From sequence record NC_010821.1: a stretch of 64,000 nucleotides of DNA; one strand, written 5' to 3'. The position numbers and the translations under genes are program-made. The notes under the pieces are model-generated. The model did not search any database. It saw nothing but the letters and a program-made list of their open reading frames with translations, and was not told the DNA's origin. Positions 9,082 to 18,717 of the stretch are shown here, in pieces; position 1 is the stretch's first letter; each line of letters begins with the position of its first letter.

Positions 9082-9109
9082 CACTTTAATCTATTAAGAG
9101 GAAACAAAG

Positions 9110-10516
9110 ATGTCGGCAGTTAAATATAGTGCAGTAGTTGAAAACACCCGTAAACTGGTGCGTGTAGTAAAGGTAGATGCAATTACCCCAATCAAGAAAG
9201 CTGACTTTATCGAGCTGGCCAAAATCGATGGTTGGCAATGTGTAGTAAAGAAAGACGAGTTCAAAGCAGGTGATCTGGCAGTGTATGCTGAGATCGATTC
9301 CCTGTTACCACTCGACAATCCACTGTTCGCCTTCCTTGGTGAGCGTTCGGATGGTAAGCGGACATTTGATGGCGTAGCGTACTCTCGTATCCGCACCGCT
9401 AAGATGCGTGGTGAAGTATCACAAGGTTTGTTGCTACCACTACCAGAACAATTCAAGGGTAAGAAGGTCGGTACTAACCTGACCAACGAACTCGGTGTTC
9501 GTAAACTGGAAGCTGAGATCGCTAACGTTGATGGCTTTGATGGTCGTCTTAACAAGGATGGTCCGATTAGTCTGTGGGAACGTCTGGCGCGTTTTGTAGC
9601 AGGTCCACCTGCCGAAGCAATGCATCTTCCTTTCCCTGCTCAGATCTCTAAATCAGATCAAGAGCGTGTTCAGAATATCGGTAACCAATATGCCGAAGCA
9701 GCGGCGTCCGGCGAGACGTTCGAGGAAACGGTTAAGGTCGATGGTCAATCCATGACAGTTTATAGCTTCCGCGATATGGATGAGGCTGGTCCTATTCGCC
9801 GCTACGGCGTTTGTTCGCGTAACTTCGACATGCGTATGACTGATGTTGTATTCACCCCTGTACAGGCTTTCCGTCGCTTTGTAGCACAGAACATGCTTGC
9901 CTTAAGTGGTGGGTTCAGTGGTTTGTTCCGTACGGCTCAATTCCTGACTAAACAGGTTATGGATAAAAAGCTGGATGCCGACTACGCCATTAAAGAGTAC
10001 TTCACTAAGCGGTACTTCTGGTTCTCTCCATTTAAAATGTGCATCGCCGCAATGGATGATAACTGCGTCAATTATGTTATCACCAACAAAGTACTGGATA
10101 AACTGGCAGCTTACAACGTACTGCACGATGACTGCATTACTGTACAGGGTGAGTTGTTCGGTCCAGGTATCCAGAAGAACTATGAACGTCCTGCTGAGAA
10201 ACGTTTCGCAGTGTATCAGGTGTATCGTAATGGTAGCGAATGGGTTAAACCGATCGAAGCTCGCGCTATTACCGAAAGCATCGGCTTGGAATACGTTAAA
10301 GTACTGAATGGTTCCACTACGCTACCTAAGTCGGTTAAGGAAGTTCTGACCCGTGCTAAAGGTAAGGGTGCCTATGCAGCTTTTGACCCATCGATCAATG
10401 CCGTACCTGACATCAACCGTGAAGGTATTGTATTTAAATCAAACACTCGTGATTTCAGCTTTAAGGTAATCTCGACTGAATATCTTCTTGAAGCCGAAGC
10501 AGCTATGGAAGAATAA
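9110..10516 (+). CDS. ATP-dependent RNA ligase, Rnl2/DRB0094-like, with N-terminal OB-like domain
   Basis: N-terminal LAKIDGWQCVVKK...AEIDSLLP; nucleotidyltransferase motifs KVDG (I), QGELFG (III), FAVYQV (IIIa), EGIVFK (IV), FKVIS (V). Confidence 0.88.
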   Translation: MSAVKYSAVVENTRKLVRVVKVDAITPIKKADFIELAKIDGWQCVVKKDEFKAGDLAVYAEIDSLLPLDNPLFAFLGERSDGKRTFDGVAYSRIRTAKMRGEVSQGLLLPLPEQFKGKKVGTNLTNELGVRKLEAEIANVDGFDGRLNKDGPISLWERLARFVAGPPAEAMHLPFPAQISKSDQERVQNIGNQYAEAAASGETFEETVKVDGQSMTVYSFRDMDEAGPIRRYGVCSRNFDMRMTDVVFTPVQAFRRFVAQNMLALSGGFSGLFRTAQFLTKQVMDKKLDADYAIKEYFTKRYFWFSPFKMCIAAMDDNCVNYVITNKVLDKLAAYNVLHDDCITVQGELFGPGIQKNYERPAEKRFAVYQVYRNGSEWVKPIEARAITESIGLEYVKVLNGSTTLPKSVKEVLTRAKGKGAYAAFDPSINAVPDINREGIVFKSNTRDFSFKVISTEYLLEAEAAMEE

Positions 10517-10552
10517 GTAGTACTTACAAATTAATCTTAAAGTGAGGATACA

Positions 10553-11284
10553 ATGACACTGCGTATGGAATGGCGAGAAACCGTTGAATGGCTCCACATG
10601 GAAGCACGTATGTTCTATTTCCATGAACCACTCAAGTTCCCTGAAGGCGAGTTTGAGGTATTCGTACCAGCATGGTTGTTACGAATGGGTAGTTTGGTCC
10701 GCACTACCACGCATACGCCCATTGCGAACAATCCAAATGCAAAGTTTCTTTGGTGGTGTTGGCTGCGACTTGATCCCGAACAAAAGGAAATTCTTCAAGC
10801 GTCTGATACGATGGGTGTCATCGAACATATGGCTAGAGAGTTCGAGTGTTTCCCGACGCTCTTGGCTGACATGCAGGATCAGCGCAAGATTTATGACTAT
10901 TGGAACTCTAACCAATACGTCACCACTATCTACAAACTTACACCTAAGTGCATTACCCGTCTAGACAAAGAAACATACTTGGAAGTTTTCTTCCAGTATC
11001 AAAGTGATCTAAGGTATCCACGTATCAAGAACTTGGCTATCCAGTATCACGAGAACCTTGAAGACGTACTGGCCTATGTTGGCCCGACTTACACAGTGAT
11101 CTCACATACCGATGCACGACTGGTCCTCAAGACCCCTAATGGTAACGCACAGATCCTCAAAGACCAGTGGCTTTGGTTTAATGGTTTGGAATTCTGTCAC
11201 GGTGACCTCAAACGGTTGAAACAGGTTCAACTGGGATATCTTGATCCACGTGATGCCCCTGGTATCTGGATTAAGCCCACTTGA
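10553..11284 (+). CDS. hypothetical protein
   Basis: GAGG SD; 243 aa. Confidence 0.8.
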   Translation: MTLRMEWRETVEWLHMEARMFYFHEPLKFPEGEFEVFVPAWLLRMGSLVRTTTHTPIANNPNAKFLWWCWLRLDPEQKEILQASDTMGVIEHMAREFECFPTLLADMQDQRKIYDYWNSNQYVTTIYKLTPKCITRLDKETYLEVFFQYQSDLRYPRIKNLAIQYHENLEDVLAYVGPTYTVISHTDARLVLKTPNGNAQILKDQWLWFNGLEFCHGDLKRLKQVQLGYLDPRDAPGIWIKPT

Positions 11285-11313
11285 CCTAAACGAGCTATTC
11301 CGCAGAATAATCT

Positions 11314-11613
11314 ATGTCAAGAGGTAGTGTAATGATTAAGGGTCGACACATTTACAGCATCTACGAAAATACGATTGGTATTGTTCCAGGCAATAAGGTT
11401 CAATACCGTATCTACAAAGGTAGTGAGCTTCTGAGTTCAGTTAACCTGATTGCAACCAAGGTTGATATGGTTAATCGGAAACCCGTGGATGATTATCGTC
11501 TGTGGATGACTGGCGACGAACGCCAAGTTACAGTTGATGCAAGGGCAGTGGTGTTAGCTTACCAGAATGCCCCATTATCTGAAGGACTCCATTTTGAACT
11601 AGAGGTAATTTGA
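11314..11613 (+). CDS. hypothetical protein
   Basis: ORF track; start uncertain. Confidence 0.65.
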   Translation: MSRGSVMIKGRHIYSIYENTIGIVPGNKVQYRIYKGSELLSSVNLIATKVDMVNRKPVDDYRLWMTGDERQVTVDARAVVLAYQNAPLSEGLHFELEVI

Positions 11614-11768
11614 TATGAATGCAATCGGTTGTGAAGAAATTGGTGTAGGTGAAGGTCTCTTTAAAGAAGAATACGAGGGTCTTGATGAATATGAAGGGTA
11701 TTGACCAGAGTTATTTAATCATACGCTAGCCCCTCATTCCGAGGGGCGCGTCATGATAGGTAACTGTA

Positions 11769-12029
11769 ATGTCATACGACAAAGTGTCTCGCCGTGTTAA
11801 CCGTGTAGAATCCGCCCGAGTGATCCGTAACCAAACTACGGTCTATCTGCTTTACAACGAGTCGAAGTGGCTCAAGACGCAGAAACCTCATAGCTTCGCC
11901 AAAGGTAAGGCTATGAACTGTAGTTGCGGTACGTGCCGTGGTTGGGGACGAGTAGCACGTCAAGATCGTTTTAACCTCCAGTTGGAGAAATCAGGAATGA
12001 CTAAATATGACGTACGTCCAGACATCTGA
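11769..12029 (+). CDS. small basic protein with CxCxxC motif
   Basis: AMNCSCGTCRGW; possible metal binding. Confidence 0.65.
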   Translation: MSYDKVSRRVNRVESARVIRNQTTVYLLYNESKWLKTQKPHSFAKGKAMNCSCGTCRGWGRVARQDRFNLQLEKSGMTKYDVRPDI

Positions 12030-12111
12030 AGAGGAATGGGTATGAACAAAGAAACGATTATCGATGAGCGTCCAGATATCATCACTCGTGAAGAAGACTG
12101 GATCTAACTAA

Positions 12112-12140
12112 AAGAGTCCCTTCGGGGACTCTTTTATTCC
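12112..12140 (+). terminator. intrinsic terminator-like hairpin
   Basis: AAGAGTCCC-TTCG-GGGACTCTT-TTATTCC. Confidence 0.8.
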
Positions 12141-12160
12141 CTGTTATCAAGAGGTGCGGT

Positions 12161-12478
12161 ATGAGTACACTAAGTGTTTACCGAGTGGGGCTTGAAGGCA
12201 AGCCTGAGTTTAAAGTCGTCGTATCGGGTGGTGGCATTACCCGTGTACGCAATAGCTTCCTAGCGCGGTCTAAGGACCTTGTAAAGGCAAAGTTTAAAGT
12301 AATGGCTGTAAAGCATCGAGACTGGGCTATTGTTAATCGGCATCGCCTAGAAATTAATAATATCACCATCGAGACATTAGCGGAAAACCTACTCCCTGGA
12401 GCAGCTCAACTCTACGCTAATCTTTACATTAATGATTACCCTCAACCTGAACATATCCTCAATCACAAAGGAGCTTGA
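12161..12478 (+). CDS. hypothetical protein
   Basis: GAGGTG SD. Confidence 0.7.
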   Translation: MSTLSVYRVGLEGKPEFKVVVSGGGITRVRNSFLARSKDLVKAKFKVMAVKHRDWAIVNRHRLEINNITIETLAENLLPGAAQLYANLYINDYPQPEHILNHKGA

Positions 12479-12479
12479 T

Positions 12480-12875
12480 ATGGACCCGTATCCACATGGC
12501 ACTGCACACCTCAAAGGTAAAGATCGCTGGATCGCCTACTGGCACATCACTACGTTCCTGGCAATCCTTATGGGTGCATGGTTACTACACGTGTTGTTCT
12601 TTGGTTGGTACTATTGGTTGTTTAAGGGCAAAGGTTATCTCATCCGTGCAAGTGATATCGAGGAAGATTTGGAAGTTAACAATTCCAAATGGTGGAACAA
12701 ATATGATGTTGCAGCGGCTAAGAAAGCGGCGGCCTTAAATGATCCAGATAGTCTAGTGCTCTTTACATGGCGTGTACATCCCCTGTTTATGGCGACTGAT
12801 ATGCTTTATATCCAATCCAAAGGTTATGCTGCGCGGATCTGGGATGAACGCGAAAAGATTTACCACTTTCGCTAA
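12480..12875 (+). CDS. putative membrane protein
   Basis: ORF 12432..12875; AGGAG SD before 12480; one TM-like segment. Confidence 0.7.
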   Translation: MDPYPHGTAHLKGKDRWIAYWHITTFLAILMGAWLLHVLFFGWYYWLFKGKGYLIRASDIEEDLEVNNSKWWNKYDVAAAKKAAALNDPDSLVLFTWRVHPLFMATDMLYIQSKGYAARIWDEREKIYHFR

Positions 12876-12904
12876 TAGTCTGTAATACGTTCAATTTCTA
12901 AGAG

Positions 12905-13531
12905 GTGTATATGGAAGCTAAAGTCGGTACTAAACTGCAACCCCAAGGTGTATTTAGCATTGTGGGTTTGCTACCAAAAGAGCTACAGGAACGGTTCCGC
13001 AAAGAATGCTGGACCGAAGAGAAACAAGAAGAGACCGATTTCGTTCCAGATCCGGTACTCAAGTATGACCATGTATTGGGTCTGAGCTGGCTGACCGCTG
13101 AGGGTATCCCGAATACCCAAGAGGAACTCGATGCACAACGTGAGATGATCTTTAAGACGATGATCTCTGGTCCGACCACTTACAACGTGGGTCAGTTCTT
13201 TGTATTGTTCCCTAACGTGGTTTACACCACTCGGGACATTGAAGACTCTCTGATGATCGTTGAAGTGCTGGATGAACTCGAGTTTCCAGCTACTGACAAT
13301 CTGGTAACCCCTGCACTCCCTGAGTACAACCAATATGGTTACATGAGTCGTGAGGCTCTGGCCATACGTGCGGCACTGCATTCGTACGTTGCATCAGGCC
13401 GTATTAAGATTCACGAAGGTGCGATGCGCATGTACGCCTGTGAAGAACAATACAAATTTGAAGAAAGGTATAAGAAGCCTGACGAGAAGCCTTTGACTTT
13501 CGTCGAAATGGCTCGCCGCCGCCGAGGTTAA
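12905..13531 (+). CDS. hypothetical protein
   Basis: ORF track; GAGGTG SD. Confidence 0.75.
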   Translation: MYMEAKVGTKLQPQGVFSIVGLLPKELQERFRKECWTEEKQEETDFVPDPVLKYDHVLGLSWLTAEGIPNTQEELDAQREMIFKTMISGPTTYNVGQFFVLFPNVVYTTRDIEDSLMIVEVLDELEFPATDNLVTPALPEYNQYGYMSREALAIRAALHSYVASGRIKIHEGAMRMYACEEQYKFEERYKKPDEKPLTFVEMARRRRG

Positions 13532-13533
13532 TT

Positions 13534-13644
13534 ATGCGTTACGTGATTGGCGCACTGATTTCAATCGTAATCGTTTTTGGTTTGGGCTACGGCCTGAACC
13601 AAACGGTTATTAAAACTCATCAACTGGAGCAGCAGAATGAGTAA
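13534..13644 (+). CDS. small single-TM peptide (36 aa)
   Basis: Translated by hand: MRYVIGALISIVIVFGLGYGLNQ...; GAGG SD. Confidence 0.55.
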   Translation: MRYVIGALISIVIVFGLGYGLNQTVIKTHQLEQQNE

Positions 13645-14059
13645 ACAGCAGTATACTCACGCCATGCTGTTGGCAATGCAGCTGGCCAGCGTGTTTAAAC
13701 ACGTTGACGATTTAGGGATACGTCGAGAAACGTACCAGAACTTCACCCAACTCGAAGGCGAACACGATGACATCATTCGTATTAGCTATGATGAGGGTAC
13801 CCGTAAAGGCCGTAGTTATGTAGAGGCTATTGTTAATAGCGATCGAAATAGCTTTAGGTTCAGACAACGTTTTAATTTCGGTATTCTACTGGAACTTGAA
13901 ATTGATTACTTACACAGTGAAGGTGGTTATCGATCCCTACTCGAAACCATTAAAGACGATACAATCGATGCGGGTTATCGGACCGAACTAATCTTCGACT
14001 TCGAATACTGTATCTCGCTCTTTACTGAGCATGTAGCTTCCAACTTAAATAAAGATTAG
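13637..14059 (+). CDS. hypothetical protein
   Basis: GGAG SD. Confidence 0.75.
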   Translation: MSKQQYTHAMLLAMQLASVFKHVDDLGIRRETYQNFTQLEGEHDDIIRISYDEGTRKGRSYVEAIVNSDRNSFRFRQRFNFGILLELEIDYLHSEGGYRSLLETIKDDTIDAGYRTELIFDFEYCISLFTEHVASNLNKD

Positions 14060-14068
14060 GGTACCTGC

Positions 14069-14650
14069 ATGACCGATATAATGGACACTCTGATTCAAGA
14101 AGCTGTAAATGGCGCACGTGATATCACAGTGGCCATTGGCGATCAAGAACTTCAATTTGAGGTTTGGTTTAATTATTTCCTGAGTAAGGTGGGTGAACGT
14201 AACCTCTTTAACAAGGCCGTGATCTACGATGACCTAACCTTTAATATGGATGGGTACAGTCCAACCATGTTCCCTGTGGTCAATCAACTCATCAAAGGAA
14301 TGTCTTATGTAGGGATGGATATCATCAAGCCATCTAAGACTGGACCGGTTCCAGAGGAACTGGCTGAAACATTTGGCTCGATGATTGCTGACGACCTCGA
14401 AGATCTTTACTGGGTATTGTTCACCATCGTTGAACACGGACATCCATTAAAAGGTGTACGGTATGCCACAGCTTATCGTAACGGGGAATTGATTTACCCG
14501 CCAGTTGATCCGACCTTCACTGAATACTACCCTGATGAGCACGTGCATGAACAAGCCCGTGGTATTTTTATCGATATCAAAGAACGGTTTCTCCGCACGA
14601 CTCGTCCTGAACTTTTCAAAACTGACGCTAAAGGTGTATTGTTGCCATGA
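14069..14650 (+). CDS. hypothetical protein
   Basis: ORF track. Confidence 0.75.
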   Translation: MTDIMDTLIQEAVNGARDITVAIGDQELQFEVWFNYFLSKVGERNLFNKAVIYDDLTFNMDGYSPTMFPVVNQLIKGMSYVGMDIIKPSKTGPVPEELAETFGSMIADDLEDLYWVLFTIVEHGHPLKGVRYATAYRNGELIYPPVDPTFTEYYPDEHVHEQARGIFIDIKERFLRTTRPELFKTDAKGVLLP

Positions 14651-15264
14651 CCGATCAAGATCTGTTTGAAGAAATTCTGCGCATTATTAGCCATCCTAAT
14701 GTAGACGCGTCTAGCTTCAAAGGGCACCCACATGAAACAGCTGTTTTCGCCATGGGTGCTTTTTCTGCCGATCCCTACTATGATGGGAGTTCACCCATTA
14801 AATCGTGGAGTCGTGTACTACAACTTGGTAGGTTGATGCAATTATTCTACGATGCACCAGCGCCAGTCTCAATCGCTATGGCCTTGTGCACAATCGAAAG
14901 GTCTAAATATTGGCCAGGTGATTCACATAACAATGTGCTCGAGGGCTTCAAGCATGTAATGTCCGATTACGCTTATCGCATCGTGGTTAATGCTATGAGC
15001 GGCATTGAATCAAATACTACGCGGACATACCACATGCTAAACCATATCCTTCAACTGGGTTTGTTGTATAGAGTCCTAAGTTCGGGAAACCAGTCGGTTG
15101 ATCTGGAGTCAGTTCAGTATTCGCTCGGACGTGCCAACATTGGTTTGCAAAGCAGTGTTGCTGAAAGTGATGATGCCCACCCGATGGCACGGGCAATGCT
15201 TGAACGTATCATCGAAGAGGTACAACGACTTATCCAACCAAAGGTACGGAGTGATGCTGCGTAA
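14647..15264 (+). CDS. hypothetical protein
   Basis: ATGA overlap. Confidence 0.75.
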   Translation: MTDQDLFEEILRIISHPNVDASSFKGHPHETAVFAMGAFSADPYYDGSSPIKSWSRVLQLGRLMQLFYDAPAPVSIAMALCTIERSKYWPGDSHNNVLEGFKHVMSDYAYRIVVNAMSGIESNTTRTYHMLNHILQLGLLYRVLSSGNQSVDLESVQYSLGRANIGLQSSVAESDDAHPMARAMLERIIEEVQRLIQPKVRSDAA

Positions 15265-15595
15265 AACAATAACTGTACTCGGTTTCTTGACGTTAATTAG
15301 CTGTACGCCAAGTTATGCCAAAGCTGATGTGACACCCCTTACAGCAGAACACTGCAAGACAGTTAAGGTCATGGCTCGCCAGATCTTGATCGCCATGCAG
15401 CAAGGGGCAACACAGTATCAAGTCATGCAAGACCTTAACCATCGCTCAATGATGGATTTCGGAAAGGGTGGGGAGATAGTCAAGCTTTATCTGCAAGTGA
15501 ATACATCGGCCTTTGCGCGGAATATCAAGAAGGGGTTCCGTGTAGGTCAGATCTTGCAGATTGTGGACAAGGATTGTAATACACAAGTCGAATAA
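15254..15595 (+). CDS. putative exported protein with signal peptide
   Basis: ORF 15098..15595; GGAG SD before 15254; MLRK-hydrophobic-AKA signal-like sequence. Confidence 0.65.
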   Translation: MLRKTITVLGFLTLISCTPSYAKADVTPLTAEHCKTVKVMARQILIAMQQGATQYQVMQDLNHRSMMDFGKGGEIVKLYLQVNTSAFARNIKKGFRVGQILQIVDKDCNTQVE

Positions 15596-15598
15596 TAA

Positions 15599-15628
15599 CC
15601 CTCCCCTAAGGGAGGGCTTTATTCCGTT
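15599..15628 (+). terminator. intrinsic terminator-like hairpin
   Basis: CCCTCCC-CTAA-GGGAGGG-CTTTATTCCGTT. Confidence 0.75.
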
Positions 15629-15648
15629 AACACATTTTATTTGAGATT

Positions 15649-15656
15649 TATATTAC
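15649..15656 (+). promoter_or_regulatory. phiKZ-type early promoter motif TATATTAC
   Basis: Exact motif in intergenic DNA just after a terminator. Confidence 0.7.
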
Positions 15657-15683
15657 TAAAGTGTAATAATTCAAAGGTGATCC

Positions 15684-16121
15684 ATGGAACATACAAGATT
15701 AGTCGTGGAGGGCCGATGGGTAAATCGAGGTTGCGTCGGGTTACCGAAATGGCAGCTGATGGTTCATCCCGTCGTCATTAAGTCTCAAATCAATAAAGGT
15801 TATGCCGGATGTATCGTACTAGGTGATATGGATTTACCTGACCTACCTATAGTAGACTCTCAATCACCAAAGACAATTGATCTCACCCTGCACAACTTTG
15901 GGCAGTATAGTTGTAACGAAGGTTTTGAATGGCAGCTGTTGTTGACAACACCAGTACCGTTCATTAAAGACACAGCCTTCGAAGCACAACGTAAAAACGG
16001 TTATGTGTTTCTAGAAGACATTAAACCAAAAGATACTGAGGACGATCTCGATATGTGGATCTTTGAATCACTCAGTAGTTTGACCGGACCACGTACCATC
16101 TCATTCACAAAGGAAAGCTAA
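15684..16121 (+). CDS. hypothetical protein
   Basis: AAGGTG SD; first gene after the promoter. Confidence 0.7.
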   Translation: MEHTRLVVEGRWVNRGCVGLPKWQLMVHPVVIKSQINKGYAGCIVLGDMDLPDLPIVDSQSPKTIDLTLHNFGQYSCNEGFEWQLLLTTPVPFIKDTAFEAQRKNGYVFLEDIKPKDTEDDLDMWIFESLSSLTGPRTISFTKES

Positions 16122-16122
16122 C

Positions 16123-16479
16123 ATGACTATCTATTTCGAAGGTGACGGCAAATCCCGTCCAGTAACTATCTCCGAGTGCCGCGATCAATTCATCAGTACT
16201 TTGAAAGACGTACGTGATGAGATTCTGAACGATCCCACCTTGGAATCTTACGAGGATACTCCACAACGCGACCGTGTGATCGCTGACCGTGTGATCGGCG
16301 GCGTTCTGGGTGTGTTGGACGGTAACAGTGATACATTCCCAGCGGTAAACCTCATCACCTATATCGCTGACGGTGAAGTCGAAGAAGCCAAAGCCGCAGG
16401 TGCCAACTATCTCGACCACTCTGAGTTCGCCGACTTTGGTCAGGGTCTACAAGAGTATTGGAATCAGGTATCTAACTAA
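16123..16479 (+). CDS. acidic paralog family member 1
   Basis: VIGGVLGVLDG core; ends QEYWNQVSN. Confidence 0.75.
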   Translation: MTIYFEGDGKSRPVTISECRDQFISTLKDVRDEILNDPTLESYEDTPQRDRVIADRVIGGVLGVLDGNSDTFPAVNLITYIADGEVEEAKAAGANYLDHSEFADFGQGLQEYWNQVSN

Positions 16480-16751
16480 TGGCCAGCCTAGAAGACGACG
16501 TTGTATCCCATATCGCCTGGAACCTTTATGGGATTCGCAATACCCTGATCAACGATGAACTCCATAAGCTGACACCAGTGCAATTAGTAGACGCCGCTAT
16601 TAGTCGTACTACAGCAGCTATTCAAGATAGTTTCGAGTTGAAAGCTAAGGGTGCATGTGAATCGAATGGCGACCCTCATTACTGTGTCGACATCTCGACC
16701 TATTATTGGGGTATTGTCAATGACCCTAATGTGGTGATGCATGAGAGCTGA
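16479..16751 (+). CDS. acidic paralog family member 2
   Basis: DISTYYWGIVND near the C-terminus. Confidence 0.7.
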   Translation: MASLEDDVVSHIAWNLYGIRNTLINDELHKLTPVQLVDAAISRTTAAIQDSFELKAKGACESNGDPHYCVDISTYYWGIVNDPNVVMHES

Positions 16752-16965
16752 ATGGTGGGTGACTGAACGTAACAATCTACAGCTTTCAATCTCTTACCAA
16801 CAACCCAATGAAACCAGTTCCGGTACATCGGGCTGTAGTAGTGGATGGTGGTTACCTATAGAAGGTGGGATTGAAGCAACTGCCGAACGCATTCTGGCTA
16901 TCGTAAAGAAAGACTGGAATTGGCGTGAAGTTAAAGATCTCGATTCGTGGAAGAAACTTTTATGA
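16741..16965 (+). CDS. hypothetical protein
   Basis: Overlaps both neighbours. Confidence 0.55.
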   Translation: MRAEWWVTERNNLQLSISYQQPNETSSGTSGCSSGWWLPIEGGIEATAERILAIVKKDWNWREVKDLDSWKKLL

Positions 16966-17333
16966 AAACTGCAATTGTTCCAAATGACCCAGGCCTTACC
17001 CGTCTGATGGAAGTGAACGCTGAGCTCTCAGTGGCACTTGAACAATACGAGAATCATTTCCGTGGTGAGGTGGTCCGACACCAGTTTGATGCCGTGTCCA
17101 GTTCACTGAAGGCCATTACTGATCGCTTGCCCAATCTCAGTGATCAAGAACTACGTATCATTGAGGCTGGTGTCGCTGATGCCGTTCATAACGCCAGTGA
17201 ATATACCGTAGAAATGATCGGGCTACACGAGCGTACTCTTGGACTGACTTCCGAAACGGCTCCTGCCGAAATCGCTAAATCGGCCAATACCATTTTCGGC
17301 CAACGAATCGCTAAATATTGGGACGATGTATAA
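16962..17333 (+). CDS. acidic paralog family member 3 (tentative)
   Basis: ORF 16947..17333; ends IAKYWDDV. Confidence 0.7.
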   Translation: MKTAIVPNDPGLTRLMEVNAELSVALEQYENHFRGEVVRHQFDAVSSSLKAITDRLPNLSDQELRIIEAGVADAVHNASEYTVEMIGLHERTLGLTSETAPAEIAKSANTIFGQRIAKYWDDV

Positions 17334-17932
17334 TGTCAGAAAAAGGATATATCGTCGCCGTCACACCTTACGTTAAGCAGAGTCAGAAATATATGAAGAA
17401 GCCAGAAATGACTTACGAGTTTATTAGCCATACTGATCGTAAGCGCTATATCCAATTTGCTCACCAAGCATGGCTACTGGGTTTGCATGAAGATGGTTAT
17501 CTGCAAAGCCATCTCCGTACGATTTGGAATTGGGGCGATAACTACTTTAGCCAAAACTACACAATCGACTATGATTTCGTAGTAGTACGTGCTGACGGCG
17601 CGATCGTGGGTATCATCCTTCACGAACATCGTAACTCGACTATTGACACTTACGTGATCCCTAGTTGGCGCCGACGTGGTGTCGCTAGCGGTATGGTTAA
17701 TGCACTGCGTGGATTCGTTGGCGATAGTAAAGTGCTATGTGGCTGGCGCGGTAAGACAGGTCAAGGTTGGGAACGTTACTATGAACGTAACTTCATTCTC
17801 TATATGGACCAACCCGTCCCACGCGAGATTCTCGATAAGCACTTGACTAAATCTGACGCAGAAACCGCTTTCTTCAAATCCCTTAAACTGAAAATGTCTG
17901 CCGCTTATCGGAAACATAAATCAGGTAAATAA
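17333..17932 (+). CDS. GNAT-family acetyltransferase-like protein
   Basis: IDTYVIPSWRRRGVASGMV = GNAT acetyl-CoA motif A (R/QxxGxA). Confidence 0.75.
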   Translation: MSEKGYIVAVTPYVKQSQKYMKKPEMTYEFISHTDRKRYIQFAHQAWLLGLHEDGYLQSHLRTIWNWGDNYFSQNYTIDYDFVVVRADGAIVGIILHEHRNSTIDTYVIPSWRRRGVASGMVNALRGFVGDSKVLCGWRGKTGQGWERYYERNFILYMDQPVPREILDKHLTKSDAETAFFKSLKLKMSAAYRKHKSGK

Positions 17933-17933
17933 C

Positions 17934-18479
17934 ATGATTAACGTGACGCACGTAAAACGCTCTGACCATGACCACTTCATTCGCGTAAACCAAACATTGT
18001 TGAAAGGGCGCTACTTCGAACCAAGTGGCCTGCTAAAATTCAGATTAGCTCACACCATCGCCGGTGAAGGATGGGCATATGGCGAAGACTTTGATTTGTT
18101 CCTAGCCTACGCAGAAGGTCGATTAGCAGGCTACTGTGTTTACCTACCTAAAACTAATGGCGTTGAGTTTTACGTGGTGCCACGTTACAGACGACAAGGT
18201 GTAGCATCCGCTTTGGTAAAAGCTGTGCGTAAGCTCACTGGCTATACAGTACTATGCGCTAAGCCTGGATTTCAGGGCAGTGAAGAGTTCTTTAGACAGG
18301 CCCATATCTTTGTAGAAAACGATGATCGCGTTTATGCCACCTTGCGTGAACTAGGTGGTGATAATTACGCCTTGCTTCCACCCGATGAGTTCGTTAAACT
18401 CTATCACCGCGCAAACGCAACTCTTAAAATGCAACTACACCACGCTTTGAGAAAACAAAATGCAACTGCACTGGGCTGA
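17934..18479 (+). CDS. GNAT-family acetyltransferase-like protein (tandem paralog)
   Basis: VEFYVVPRYRRQGVASALV motif A; SEEFF segment resembles motif B. Confidence 0.75.
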   Translation: MINVTHVKRSDHDHFIRVNQTLLKGRYFEPSGLLKFRLAHTIAGEGWAYGEDFDLFLAYAEGRLAGYCVYLPKTNGVEFYVVPRYRRQGVASALVKAVRKLTGYTVLCAKPGFQGSEEFFRQAHIFVENDDRVYATLRELGGDNYALLPPDEFVKLYHRANATLKMQLHHALRKQNATALG

Positions 18480-18690
18480 ACTATTTATACTGGGTATGTG
18501 GACTTTAGCGGGAGGCTTTACATTCATCGGTGAGTTATTTAAAATACCGGTGATGCAATGTCAAAGCCTTTTTGGAGTTACCTCACGATGGGGTAAGTTC
18601 AGTATCGGTTTAGCTTTACTGGCATTCGTAATAATGCGAACCACTCAATGGCTGACGTCTGAAAACCCAACAATCAACTGGCAGATGTAA
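18460..18690 (+). CDS. small two-TM membrane protein
   Basis: Two hydrophobic segments. Confidence 0.6.
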   Translation: MQLHWAELFILGMWTLAGGFTFIGELFKIPVMQCQSLFGVTSRWGKFSIGLALLAFVIMRTTQWLTSENPTINWQM

Positions 18691-18717
18691 TAATTCTTTA
18701 ACTTAGAGGATTCACAA

